This document shows, one piece after another, positions 46,601 through 56,795 of a stretch of 56,887 nucleotides of DNA. The notes below the pieces were generated by a model that worked only from the letters and a program-made list of their open reading frames with translations, was not told where the DNA came from and made no database searches. Every line of letters starts with the position of its first letter. Within the stretch, counting starts at the first letter, position 1. Both the position numbers and the translations under genes were made by a program. This stretch comes from an uncultured Clostridia bacterium (lineage in GTDB: Bacteria > Bacillota > Clostridia > TANB77 > CAG-508), in contig CANQXD010000005.1 in assembly GCA_947627755.1 (NCBI GenBank), positions 1-56,887 on the forward strand, given 5' to 3'.

Positions 46601-47988
46601 TAATAGCACCTAGCACATATACAGGAATTATAACCAATATTGCAGAAATATCAGACGATAGTGATGAAACAGGAGATGAAGTAGAAGACAGAGACTCTAC
46701 ACCAGATAATAATAACGAAAAAGAAGACGACATAGATAAAGAACATCTAAAATTAACATATTTTGACTTAGCGTTAAGAAAATTCATTACAGCAGTAAAC
46801 GATACAGAAATAACAAATAGAATTCCAAAATTCACAGTAACAGAAGACGGAAAATACACTTATGAACATACAAAAGAGCCTGTAGAAGTGGAAAATGGAA
46901 ACATTGTTACATATACATTAAGAATCTATAATGAAGGAAGCAAAGACGGCTATGCAAAAGAAATAAAAGACGACTTACCAGAAGGACTAGAATTTTTACC
47001 AGAAAATGAAACAAACAAAGAATATGGTTGGGTTATGGTAGATGAAAACGGAGAAGAAACAGAAGATGTTACAAAAGCAGTATCTATAAAAACAGATTAT
47101 TTATCAAAAGAGCAAGGAGACTTAAATCAAAGAGATAATCTATTAAATAGATTTGATGCAGACAATATGGAAGAACCAGATTATCGTGATGTTAAAATTG
47201 CTTTCAAAGTAACAGAGCCAAATACATCAGACAGAATTCTAATCAACCAAGCACAAATTTCAGACGACTCAGACAAAGATGGAAAAGATGTAATTGATAG
47301 TGATTCAACTCCAGATAAATGGATAGAAGGCGAAGATGACCAAGATATTGAAAAAGTAAAAGTAAAATATTTTGACTTATCATTAAGAAAATGGGTAACT
47401 GAAGCAATTGTAATTGATGAAGGAAAAGAAACCGTAACACAAACAGGACACAAAGCAGAAGATGACCCAGAAGAACTTGTAAAGGTAGAAATCAAAGAAA
47501 GTAGATTAAACAAAGTAGTAGTAAAATTCCGTTATAAAATAAGAGTAAAAAATGAAGGTGAAATAGCAGGATATGCAACAGAAATTTCAGACTACATTCC
47601 AGAAGGACTAAAATTTGTAGCAGAAGATAATCCAAGTTGGAAAGAAGTAGATGGAAAAATAGTAACAGATGCTTTAAAAGACACTCTATTACAACCAGGA
47701 GAAACAGCAGAAGTAGAAGTAGTACTTACATGGATAAATGGAAAAAATAACTTTGGAGAAAAAATAAATGTAGCAGAAATTAGTAAAGACAAAAATGATA
47801 GTGATACACCAGACATTGACTCAACACCAAACAATAAGAAACCAGGAGAAGACGATATAGATGATGCACCAGTTATCTTATCTGTAAAAACAGGAATAGG
47901 AATTAATATACAATATACAATATTAACTACTACATCTTTAGGAATTTTAGCATCTGGAGTAATTTTAATAAAAAAATATATCTTATAA
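43624..47988 (+). CDS. Cell-surface adhesin: N-terminal thioester-like domain plus five DUF11-type repeats plus a sorting-signal-like C-terminus
   Basis: Start MNCKKNLL, conserved with the paralog (the 43558 ORF-track start is rejected). Signal peptide. IYCLKMG and VQQVAIWHFT match the Cys / Q-x-A-I-W thioester-domain motifs. Five units of FDLALRKF..YTIRIYNEG..GYA..DRDS.PDN. C-terminal SVKTG plus hydrophobic segment plus KKYIL. Confidence 0.7.
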   Translation: MNCKKNLLSTLVIGLILTGTFLITPASQAAIATQAKHLKMEIPTYRDSGYAYKLGLESANETPELEMWKIYEYNYNDKTKKNDNSTIYCLKMGVGFGSVNGSEPQERDYTKYADMKNPQNNDKDIINAYKTQKLGNSDTRYNSLMWVLDHCYVPAPSTASEEAKNNAKAYKKELLKAANIENSTINDDLIDIVQQVAIWHFTNTDKYKAEDITTVYAKKQNENNNIYQNIEDAFNDWNLPEDVKDLYKYFITEAEKHKDTPPSTTDAINPIKLNSDGAKVTLHKDTNGSEYYLAGPYKITKQSNKEFTITANLNNNGDAFTLLNEDKQTETNIQELANNQQSFYVKIPKTQNTNIENEKFTITTKVKQNTITYWEVSDNNGANEQPIVEIKPEEKTFTEEAQLKLSNFDLALRKFITKVNDTPVATREPSVQKDTLTNSTTATKTHIKTPVQVKIGDTVTYTIRIYNEGDINGYATKVTDYLPEGLKLKEESNINRDNGWQNGDGNAIYSEKLNNQLINAHTSGVDLDYKDLQVECVVIAENSSNEQRLKNIAEITEAKDENNEEIVDRDSIPDDLTQEQKNNYHPEHSTDGWGYQDDDDYEELLIPGKYFDLALRKFVTNINEKELKKDANTYTREPSISLDALTKATATTASYNHQKNPQGVSIGDSVIYTIRIYNEGQLDGYVSEVTDYLPPQLEFINDEFNAQYGWVLDEGQRKVTTTILAKKQDDSGIYADENEKNLIKAFDGRKLDYKELKIKCKVVATENLDKVITNIAEITGFTDANGKVITDRDSQAKNAEIPNDTELPDYKGNDTNKSVLNDASYFYQGQQDDDDFEKLILEEFDLALRKFITQVNDTPVTSRIPKFTNVKDNNGNYIYEHSKEPIEVENSDIVEYTIRIYNEGDIAGYAKEITDNIPEGLEFLPENATNQEYRWIMIDENGEETEDVTKAEKITTDYLSKEQEQEEGSNLIAPFDSTKTSPDYKDVKVAFKVIAPSTYTGIITNIAEISDDSDETGDEVEDRDSTPDNNNEKEDDIDKEHLKLTYFDLALRKFITAVNDTEITNRIPKFTVTEDGKYTYEHTKEPVEVENGNIVTYTLRIYNEGSKDGYAKEIKDDLPEGLEFLPENETNKEYGWVMVDENGEETEDVTKAVSIKTDYLSKEQGDLNQRDNLLNRFDADNMEEPDYRDVKIAFKVTEPNTSDRILINQAQISDDSDKDGKDVIDSDSTPDKWIEGEDDQDIEKVKVKYFDLSLRKWVTEAIVIDEGKETVTQTGHKAEDDPEELVKVEIKESRLNKVVVKFRYKIRVKNEGEIAGYATEISDYIPEGLKFVAEDNPSWKEVDGKIVTDALKDTLLQPGETAEVEVVLTWINGKNNFGEKINVAEISKDKNDSDTPDIDSTPNNKKPGEDDIDDAPVILSVKTGIGINIQYTILTTTSLGILASGVILIKKYIL
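45349..47903 (+). repeat. 2,555-bp segment apparently identical to 50045-52599 (offset 4,696 bp)
   Basis: Sense and antisense ORF translations are identical in both copies (46572-46859 = 51268-51555; 47181-47513 = 51877-52209). Spot-checked nucleotide lines also match. Confidence 0.9.
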
Positions 47989-47993
47989 TCGAA

Positions 47994-48032
47994 AAACACA
48001 CAATTAGTATAATTTTCTAATTGTGTGTTTTT
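47994..48032 (+). terminator. Rho-independent terminator of adhesin gene 1
   Basis: aaacacacaattag / ctaattgtgtgttt stem followed by tt. Confidence 0.75.
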
Positions 48033-48236
48033 ATATTATAGTAAGATAATTTATCTACTATTGACCTAAACTCTTATTTTCGTAAGAAAACCTCCAATAA
48101 TATCTTAAAAATTACAAAAATGTAATATAATTGTAAAATATAGCAAAAAGCAAAACGTAGAATTGAAAATATGTATTTCCGTAAATATTGAAAAAACAGT
48201 TAAAAAAATTACTTGAAATACTGACAAATATTACTA

Positions 48237-48265
48237 TTGACGGATAGCATAAAGCCATTTAAAAT
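48237..48265 (+). promoter_or_regulatory. Proximal promoter of adhesin gene 2
   Basis: TTGACG, 17 nt, TAAAAT. Confidence 0.5.
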
Positions 48266-48306
48266 AAAATATAGATAATTATATCAAAATAAAGGATGGT
48301 AAAATT

Positions 48307-51300
48307 ATGAATTGGAGAAAACATTTATTGCACACAATCATAATAGGAATAATATTAATAGGAGGAATATTAATTGCTACACCTTCGCAAGCTTCTATTG
48401 ATAATGTTGGAAAAAAATTAAATATGAGTATTCCAACATATCGTAAATCTGGTTATGCATATCAAGTAGGTATAACTTCAACTACTACCAAAGAATTAAA
48501 TATGTGGAAAATATATGAATATAATAGCAATAGTCAAACAATCAAAAACCGAAACAATGCTATATATTGTTTAAAAATGGGTGTTGGTTTTGGATCTTCA
48601 AATGGTAGTCCAACAGGCGAAAGAATATACAGAAAATATGCAAATATGAAAAGTCCTCGGACAAGATAAAGCAATTATTGATGAATACAAAAATAAAATC
48701 GGTGGAGAACAAAATTATAATGCAATTGTTTGGATTTTAGATCATTGCTACGTTCCAGCACCAAGTGATAGTCCAACAGATGATCAAATAAAAATAGCAA
48801 AAGAAAATAAAGAAATATTATTAAGAAGTGCATCAATATCACAAGATAGTATTTTATACCAAGATAAAGATATAATTAATGATTTAATTGATATTGTTCA
48901 ACAGCTTGCTATTTGGTACTTTACAAATGGAGAAGAGTATAAAGCCGATAGTTTTAATATACAGTTAACAAATAGTACAATGCAAAACTATTATCAAAAT
49001 CTAGAAAATGTATCAGAACTTAATGAAGATTGGGAATTACTAGATGAACTACAGGATTTATATTCCTATTTTATTGCAGGAGGAGAAGCAAACAAAAATA
49101 CTGATCCAAGTACAACAGATGTAACAAATCCAATTCAATTAAATTCAGATGGTGCAAAAGTAACTCTACACAAAGATACAAATGGAAGTGAGTATTACTT
49201 AGCAGGACCATATAACATAATAAAACAAGGTAATAAAGAATTCACAATAAATGCAAGTTTAAGTAGTAATACTAATACATTTACATTAATAGATCAAAAT
49301 AAGCAACAAACTACTAATATACAAACTGTAGCGAATAATGGACAGTCATTCTATGTAAAAATTCCTAAAACACAAAATACAAACATAGAAAATGAAAAAT
49401 TTGTAATTACTACTAAAGTTAAACAAAATACAATTACTTATTGGGAAATGGAAAACGGTACAAATGAGCAACCAGTAGTAGAAATAAAACCAGAAGAAAA
49501 AACATTTACGCAAGAAGCACAATTAAAACTTTCAAACTTTGACTTAGCTTTAAGAAAATTTATCACAAAAGTTAACGGTACACAAGTTCCTACAAGAGTA
49601 CCAAGCGTTAATAAAGATAGTTTATCAACAACAAGCACAACAGCTATCAAAAAACATACAAAAACACCAGTACAAGTAAATCCAGGAGATACAGTTACAT
49701 ATACCATTCGAATTTATAATGAAGGAGATTTAGACGGATATGCTACAAAAGTAACAGACTATTTACCAGCTGGATTAAAATTAAAATCAAATAGTAAGAT
49801 TAATCAAGATAATCAATGGCAAGAAGAAAGTGGAAATGCAATATATTCTACTAAATTACAAAATGACATAATAAAAGCGCATACTAACGGAGTAGATTTA
49901 GCTTACAAAGATTTAGAAGTAGAATGTGAAGTAGTAGCTAACATTTCGGTCAATCAACAAAACCTAAAAAACGTAGCAGAAATAACAGAAGCAAAAGATG
50001 AAAACAATGAAGAAATCGTAGATAGAGATTCTCAACCAAACAACTTAACACAAGAACAAAAAAACAACTATCATCCAGAACATTCAACCGATGGATGGGG
50101 CTACCAAGATGATGACGATTACGAAGAATTATTAATACCAGGAAAATATTTTGACTTAGCATTAAGAAAATTTGTTACAAACATAAATGAAAAAGAATTA
50201 AAGAAAGATGCAAATACATATACAAGAGAACCATCAATTAGCCTTGACGCCTTAACAAAAGCAACCGCAACAACAGCAAGCTACAATCATCAAAAGAATC
50301 CACAAGGAGTATCGATTGGAGACAGTGTAATTTATACAATTAGAATTTACAATGAAGGACAATTAGATGGATACGTAAGTGAAGTAACAGATTACTTACC
50401 ACCACAATTAGAATTTATAAATGACGAATTTAATGCACAATATGGTTGGGTATTAGATGAAGGTCAAAGGAAAGTAACAACAACAATATTAGCAAAGAAA
50501 CAAGATGATAGCGGAATTTATGCAGATGAAAATGAAAAAAATCTAATAAAAGCATTTGACGGAAGAAAATTAGACTATAAAGAATTAAAAATCAAATGCA
50601 AAGTAGTAGCAACAGAAAACTTAGACAAAGTAATTACCAACATAGCAGAAATTACAGGATTCACAGATGCAAATGGTAAAGTAATTACAGATAGAGATTC
50701 TCAAGCAAAAAATGCAGAAATACCAAACGATACAGAATTACCAGACTATAAAGGAAACGACACCAATAAATCAGTTTTAAATGATGCAAGTTACTTCTAT
50801 CAAGGACAACAAGATGATGACGACTTCGAAAAACTAATATTAGAAGAATTTGACTTAGCATTAAGAAAATTCATCACACAAGTAAATGATACACCAGTAA
50901 CAAGTAGAATACCAAAATTCACTAACGTAAAAGATAACAATGGAAACTACATATATGAGCATAGTAAAGAACCAATTGAAGTAGAAAATTCAGACATTGT
51001 AGAATATACAATACGTATTTATAACGAAGGAGATATTGCAGGATATGCAAAAGAAATTACAGACAACATTCCAGAAGGACTAGAATTTTTACCAGAAAAT
51101 GCAACAAATCAAGAATATAGATGGATTATGATAGATGAAAATGGAGAAGAAACAGAAGATGTTACAAAAGCAGAAAAAATTACAACAGACTATCTATCAA
51201 AAGAACAAGAACAAGAAGAAGGAAGCAACCTAATAGCTCCATTCGATAGCACAAAAACATCACCAGACTATAAAGATGTAAAAGTAGCATTTAAAGTAAT

Positions 51301-52684
51301 AGCACCTAGCACATATACAGGAATTATAACCAATATTGCAGAAATATCAGACGATAGTGATGAAACAGGAGATGAAGTAGAAGACAGAGACTCTACACCA
51401 GATAATAATAACGAAAAAGAAGACGACATAGATAAAGAACATCTAAAATTAACATATTTTGACTTAGCGTTAAGAAAATTCATTACAGCAGTAAACGATA
51501 CAGAAATAACAAATAGAATTCCAAAATTCACAGTAACAGAAGACGGAAAATACACTTATGAACATACAAAAGAGCCTGTAGAAGTGGAAAATGGAAACAT
51601 TGTTACATATACATTAAGAATCTATAATGAAGGAAGCAAAGACGGCTATGCAAAAGAAATAAAAGACGACTTACCAGAAGGACTAGAATTTTTACCAGAA
51701 AATGAAACAAACAAAGAATATGGTTGGGTTATGGTAGATGAAAACGGAGAAGAAACAGAAGATGTTACAAAAGCAGTATCTATAAAAACAGATTATTTAT
51801 CAAAAGAGCAAGGAGACTTAAATCAAAGAGATAATCTATTAAATAGATTTGATGCAGACAATATGGAAGAACCAGATTATCGTGATGTTAAAATTGCTTT
51901 CAAAGTAACAGAGCCAAATACATCAGACAGAATTCTAATCAACCAAGCACAAATTTCAGACGACTCAGACAAAGATGGAAAAGATGTAATTGATAGTGAT
52001 TCAACTCCAGATAAATGGATAGAAGGCGAAGATGACCAAGATATTGAAAAAGTAAAAGTAAAATATTTTGACTTATCATTAAGAAAATGGGTAACTGAAG
52101 CAATTGTAATTGATGAAGGAAAAGAAACCGTAACACAAACAGGACACAAAGCAGAAGATGACCCAGAAGAACTTGTAAAGGTAGAAATCAAAGAAAGTAG
52201 ATTAAACAAAGTAGTAGTAAAATTCCGTTATAAAATAAGAGTAAAAAATGAAGGTGAAATAGCAGGATATGCAACAGAAATTTCAGACTACATTCCAGAA
52301 GGACTAAAATTTGTAGCAGAAGATAATCCAAGTTGGAAAGAAGTAGATGGAAAAATAGTAACAGATGCTTTAAAAGACACTCTATTACAACCAGGAGAAA
52401 CAGCAGAAGTAGAAGTAGTACTTACATGGATAAATGGAAAAAATAACTTTGGAGAAAAAATAAATGTAGCAGAAATTAGTAAAGACAAAAATGATAGTGA
52501 TACACCAGACATTGACTCAACACCAAACAATAAGAAACCAGGAGAAGACGATATAGATGATGCACCAGTTATCTTATCTGTAAAAACAGGAATAGGAATA
52601 AATCCACAATATATAATTATAACTACCGTTTCATTAGGAATTTTAGCATCAGGCACAGTTCTAATAAAAAAATACATTTTATAA
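48307..52684 (+). pseudogene. Paralogous thioester-domain/DUF11-repeat adhesin, one +1 frameshift in the head domain
   Basis: ORFs 48307-48669 and the open frame 48659-52684 join if the C at 48658 is removed (NMKSPGQDKAIIDEYKNK..VWILDHCYVPAPS, parallel to copy 1). The head is diverged from copy 1 and the stalk is identical. Confidence 0.8.
50045..52599 (+). repeat. Second copy of the 2,555-bp identical segment
   Basis: See 45349-47903. Confidence 0.9.
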
Positions 52685-52696
52685 TATAATAAAAAT

Positions 52697-52749
52697 GCGA
52701 GCCTAAGATTTTCTAACAAATTAAAATTTTAAGAAAATCTAAAGCTCGC
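52697..52749 (+). terminator. Long hairpin after adhesin gene 2
   Basis: gcgagcctaagattttct / agaaaatctaaagctcgc (18-bp arms, 1 mismatch). No clear T-run. Confidence 0.5.
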
Positions 52750-52889
52750 TATATTAATATACTAAATGTTAAATTTTCTAAAAATTTACATTTTTATACA
52801 AAATAGTTTACATTAAAAAATGCTTATGATATAATTTTTTCAGTTTAAAAATAGTGATTTTAGGTTTATAATAATAGGGGTGGAAATAA

Positions 52890-53810
52890 ATGAATCAAAT
52901 ATTATATACAAATAATCAAAAAAGGAAAGGTGGACCTTTAGAATTAAAAACTATTTTCTTAATATTTGCTATCCTTTGCATAGTATTTGGACTAATATTG
53001 GCAGGAGTAGCTGGTTTTAATATGCTAAAAAATAAACAAGGAGGTCAAAAACTTCCAATAGTAGAAATATTACAAGAAGGTGCAGTATTAAATTTAAATA
53101 TAACACACGACAAAAGTATAGATAAAATAGTATATTCATGGAACCAAAATGCAGAAACAGTTTTACAAGGAATGGGAAGAACAGAAATACAAGAAACCAT
53201 TTCACTTCCAAAAGGAACAAATAACCTTGTATTAAAAGTAACAGATATTAATAACAAAACAACAACCTATCAAAATACCTATACATTACCAGATGGAGAT
53301 GTAACAAATCCAGAAATAGAATTATTAGTTGAAGGTTCTAAAATAAAAATAGTAGCAAAAGATGAAACAGAATTAGATTATATAATATATTACTGGAATG
53401 ATGAAGATGAAACAACAGTAGAAGTAAGAGAAGATTCTTTGCAACAAATTGAAGAAAAAATAGATATTTTAAAAGGTGAAAATACATTAACTATAGTTGC
53501 TGTAGATAAAGCAGGAAATGAGGCAACAAAAGAACAAGTATTTAAAGGAGTTAAAAAACCAAAAATTGAATTAGGAAAAGATGGAACAAATCTAGTAATA
53601 ACTGTAACTGATGAAGAAGGATTACAAAAAGTTGAATATACACTAAATGGTACAGAATATTCAACAGATCCACAAAATACAGGAACCCCATTAAATAGAA
53701 AAGAATTAAAAATAACGCAACCATTAGCACAAGGTGAAAATAAAATAACAATTAAGGCATATAATATTAGTGGACTAGAGGCGGAAGTTTCAGGAGAAGC
53801 AACAATTTAA
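52890..53810 (+). CDS. Membrane-anchored protein with three Ig-like repeats of about 75 aa
   Basis: N-terminal TM (IFLIFAILCIVFGLILAGVAGF). Repeats of the form L.L.I......I.Y.WN....T......E..I.L.KGEN.L.I.A.D.AGN. Confidence 0.5.
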   Translation: MNQILYTNNQKRKGGPLELKTIFLIFAILCIVFGLILAGVAGFNMLKNKQGGQKLPIVEILQEGAVLNLNITHDKSIDKIVYSWNQNAETVLQGMGRTEIQETISLPKGTNNLVLKVTDINNKTTTYQNTYTLPDGDVTNPEIELLVEGSKIKIVAKDETELDYIIYYWNDEDETTVEVREDSLQQIEEKIDILKGENTLTIVAVDKAGNEATKEQVFKGVKKPKIELGKDGTNLVITVTDEEGLQKVEYTLNGTEYSTDPQNTGTPLNRKELKITQPLAQGENKITIKAYNISGLEAEVSGEATI

Positions 53811-53911
53811 GCAAAAATTATAAAATTTTAAGTGAAAGAGATTTTAATTAAAATAAAAAATCAAAATACAATAATAAATAATAAAAGAACTTATTTTAAA
53901 GAGGGAAAATA

Positions 53912-54736
53912 ATGAGTACAGATACAATTATATATTTTTGCACATATCTTATATTATATTCCTTTGCAGGTTGGGTATTAGAATCTGTATGTAAAACAGT
54001 AGAACAAAGGAAATTTGTTAATAGTGGTTTCTTATATGGACCATTTTGCCCAATATATGGATTTGGTGCACTAATTATGCTACTTTGTTTAAGTTTTCTA
54101 AAAGAAAAACCAATCTTATTATTCATAGCAGCATTTTTTATCTTATCTGTTTGGGAATATTTAGTAGGAATATTTTTAGAAAAAGTATTTAAAACAAAAT
54201 ATTGGGACTATTCTCACCTAAAATTTAATTTTCAAGGAAGAGTATGTTTAAAAAACTCACTTTTTTGGGGAGTATTAGGAGTATTATTCATTTGTATTAT
54301 ACATCCATTTATAGAAAAATATATCACTATGATTCCAATAGCAATCTTACTTTATATTAACATTATCCTAGGAATTGCAATATTCGTAGATTTAATTTTT
54401 AGCATTATTGCAATTACCAACTTTGAATCAATGCTTAACAAAATTAATGAACTAGGAGATAATATAAAAGAAAAAGTAAAAGAACTAAAAGAATTAAATG
54501 ATAAAAATAGACCAAAAGTTGCAGTTATTGAAAAAAGTAGTATTGAAAATATAGAAAATATAATTCAAGAATTAAAGAGAAAAGAAGCAAAATTAAAAAT
54601 TCGTATATATAGGCAAGCAAATCGTTTAAAAAAAGCATTTCCAAGTATGAAATCAGAAGCAATTAGTAATTTTTTTAATCAAAAAATAGATATTACAAAA
54701 ATAAGAAAAAATAACAAGAGAAAAAATAAGGAGTAA
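53912..54736 (+). CDS. Polytopic membrane protein (DUF1113/CmpB-like) with a charged C-terminal tail
   Basis: YSFAGWVLESVCKTVEQRKFVNSGFLYGPFCPIYGFGA matches my memory of the 'putative ABC-transporter type IV' family. About 6 TM segments. Confidence 0.5.
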   Translation: MSTDTIIYFCTYLILYSFAGWVLESVCKTVEQRKFVNSGFLYGPFCPIYGFGALIMLLCLSFLKEKPILLFIAAFFILSVWEYLVGIFLEKVFKTKYWDYSHLKFNFQGRVCLKNSLFWGVLGVLFICIIHPFIEKYITMIPIAILLYINIILGIAIFVDLIFSIIAITNFESMLNKINELGDNIKEKVKELKELNDKNRPKVAVIEKSSIENIENIIQELKRKEAKLKIRIYRQANRLKKAFPSMKSEAISNFFNQKIDITKIRKNNKRKNKE

Positions 54737-54738
54737 AT

Positions 54739-55677
54739 ATGGTACAAGAAATTTATTTAATAGATGAAGATAAAGAACTAAAAGAAACGTTAAAAAGAAT
54801 ATTCAAAAACGATAAAGAATACCGTTTTACAAGTGTTGCTACTGATAAATTAGAAGTTGCACTAAAAAATATACCATCTCTTATTATTATCAATGAAGAT
54901 ACTATCAAAGAAGATATTTTAGAAATGTGTGAAAAAATAAAACAAGATGAAGACAACAGCATTACTCCTATTATCATTTTATCTTCCAATAACAATCATG
55001 AACATAGACTAGCAATGTTAAAATTATGTATTGCTCATTACATAAAACATCCAATTGACGAAGAATATTTATATTACACAATAAAAAACATATTAAAATT
55101 AATTTATATTAACAGAAGAGTAAGTCCACTAACAGGACTTCCAGGAAACGTACAAATACAAGCTGAAATGAAAAAACGTTTTTTAGCAAAAGAAACCTTT
55201 GCTATGATATACCTAGACTTGGACAATTTCAAAGCATATAATGATGTATATGGTTTCTTAAAAGGTGACGAAATTATAAAATTCACAGCAAAAACCATTT
55301 TAAAAAATGTTCATACAGACGAATATGAAGATAGCTTCGTAGGGCATATTGGAGGCGATGATTTTGTTGCCATTGTTTCAAAAACAGACTATGAGAAAAT
55401 ATGTCAAAATATAATTGCAGACTTCGATACGAATGTATTAAAATATTTTACGGAGGAAGATAGTGAAAAAGGGTATATTGAAGTAGAAAATAGAAGAGGA
55501 GTAATGGAGCAATTTCCACTTACATCAATTTCTATTGGAGTCGTAGAAGTAGAAAAAGGAAGATTTCATAATGTACTAGAAATAGGGGAAGCTGGAGCTA
55601 GTGTGAAACACTTAGCAAAAACAATTCAAGGAAGTACTTATGTAATAGATAGAAGGAAGCATTACGAAGATAAATAA
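54739..55677 (+). CDS. Receiver-like domain fused to a GGDEF-family domain (GGDDF variant)
   Basis: LTGLPGN..IYLDLDNFKAYND..GD..HIGGDDFVAIV. The N-terminal 120 aa are CheY-like, but the acidic pocket is not obvious. Confidence 0.75.
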   Translation: MVQEIYLIDEDKELKETLKRIFKNDKEYRFTSVATDKLEVALKNIPSLIIINEDTIKEDILEMCEKIKQDEDNSITPIIILSSNNNHEHRLAMLKLCIAHYIKHPIDEEYLYYTIKNILKLIYINRRVSPLTGLPGNVQIQAEMKKRFLAKETFAMIYLDLDNFKAYNDVYGFLKGDEIIKFTAKTILKNVHTDEYEDSFVGHIGGDDFVAIVSKTDYEKICQNIIADFDTNVLKYFTEEDSEKGYIEVENRRGVMEQFPLTSISIGVVEVEKGRFHNVLEIGEAGASVKHLAKTIQGSTYVIDRRKHYEDK

Positions 55678-55734
55678 AACATATTGGAAAAAGTAGAAAA
55701 GAAATAAATATTATATATAATAAGAATATAATAA

Positions 55735-55779
55735 AAAAACTCTCATAAGATATATAAAGTATCAAAGGAGAGTTTTTTT
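55735..55779 (+). terminator. Hairpin and T-run overlapping the cwlD Shine-Dalgarno sequence
   Basis: aaaaactctc / gagagttttt arms. aaaggagag lies within or next to the 3' arm. ATG at 55780. Confidence 0.5.
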
Positions 55780-56493
55780 ATGGTTGTTATAGATAAAAAA
55801 AGAATTCTAATTGTAATGTCACTTGTCACCATTTCTGTTTTTGCCTTCACTTTTCAAAAGGCGCAAATAAAAGAAACAATGCCAACAGTAGCGCTTCCAG
55901 TAAGCAACAAAGTAATTGTAATAGATGCAGGACATGGAGTTCCAGATGAGGGAGCGCAAAGTAGTAATGGCACAACAGAAGCAGAAACGAATTTAAAAAT
56001 AGCTTTAAAGTTGCAAACGTTATTAGAGCAATCAGGAAGCACAGTTATATTAACAAGAAGTGACGAAAATGCGATTTATGATTTAGATAGCAAAACACTA
56101 AAGCAAAAGAAAGTATCAGATATCCATAATAGAGTAAAAATTGGAAATGAATCATCAGCAGATTTATTTATATCTATTCACTTAAACAAAATTCCACAAG
56201 GTCAATATTGGGGTTGGCAATGTTTTTATAAAGAAGCAGATGAAAAAAGTGTAAAACTTGCTAAAAGTTTGCAAGAAAATTTAAATGACGCGATTCAAAA
56301 AGAAAATAAAAGAGTAGCGATGAAATTAGATAATGTATATATCATAAAGCATGTAGAAATACCAATTTCCATTGTAGAATGTGGCTTTTTATCTAACCCA
56401 GAAGAAGAACAATTATTACTAACAGATGAATATCAAGATAAGTTAGCATGGGGAATTTATAACGGAATTATAGATTACTTTTATGAAAACTAA
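55780..56493 (+). CDS. cwlD: N-acetylmuramoyl-L-alanine amidase CwlD (germination-specific)
   Basis: VIVIDAGHGVPDEGA..E..NLKIALKL..ILTR..R......ADLFISIHLN, plus an N-terminal TM. Confidence 0.8.
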   Translation: MVVIDKKRILIVMSLVTISVFAFTFQKAQIKETMPTVALPVSNKVIVIDAGHGVPDEGAQSSNGTTEAETNLKIALKLQTLLEQSGSTVILTRSDENAIYDLDSKTLKQKKVSDIHNRVKIGNESSADLFISIHLNKIPQGQYWGWQCFYKEADEKSVKLAKSLQENLNDAIQKENKRVAMKLDNVYIIKHVEIPISIVECGFLSNPEEEQLLLTDEYQDKLAWGIYNGIIDYFYEN

Positions 56494-56743
56494 GAATAAT
56501 ATTTATAAATAAAATTACTAGATAATAATTATTTATTTTAAAAGTATAAAAAATTAGTTCTAATATTACAATAATATTAAAATTGTATTACAAATTAAAA
56601 GTAAATATTGACAATATAAGTAAAAGAAACTATACTTAAATTAGTAGCAACTAATAAACATAATGTATAACGTAATGGAAAAATAAAATAAATTAATCTA
56701 TAAAAAACTAGCTAAAAGATAGAAAATAATCTAAATATCAATT

Positions 56744-56760
56744 TATATATATATATATAT
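56744..56760. repeat. (TA)8 microsatellite
   Basis: tatatatatatatatat in the spacer upstream of the last gene. Confidence 0.9.
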
Positions 56761-56795
56761 CTAGAAAAAAGTAGAAAAAAAGGAGAGAAAAACAA

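Noticed and set aside
3368-48658. Programmed +1 frameshifting or quadruplet decoding at C-GGA sites
   Set aside because: The sites are in unrelated genes, including three within one gene only 7 nt apart for two of them. They have no shared slippery or stimulatory context beyond CGG. In-frame NNC-GGA codon pairs elsewhere are read normally (for example 12795, 13093, 16010). Sequencing artefact or genuine mutation is far more parsimonious, and the pattern is kept as a finding for that reason.
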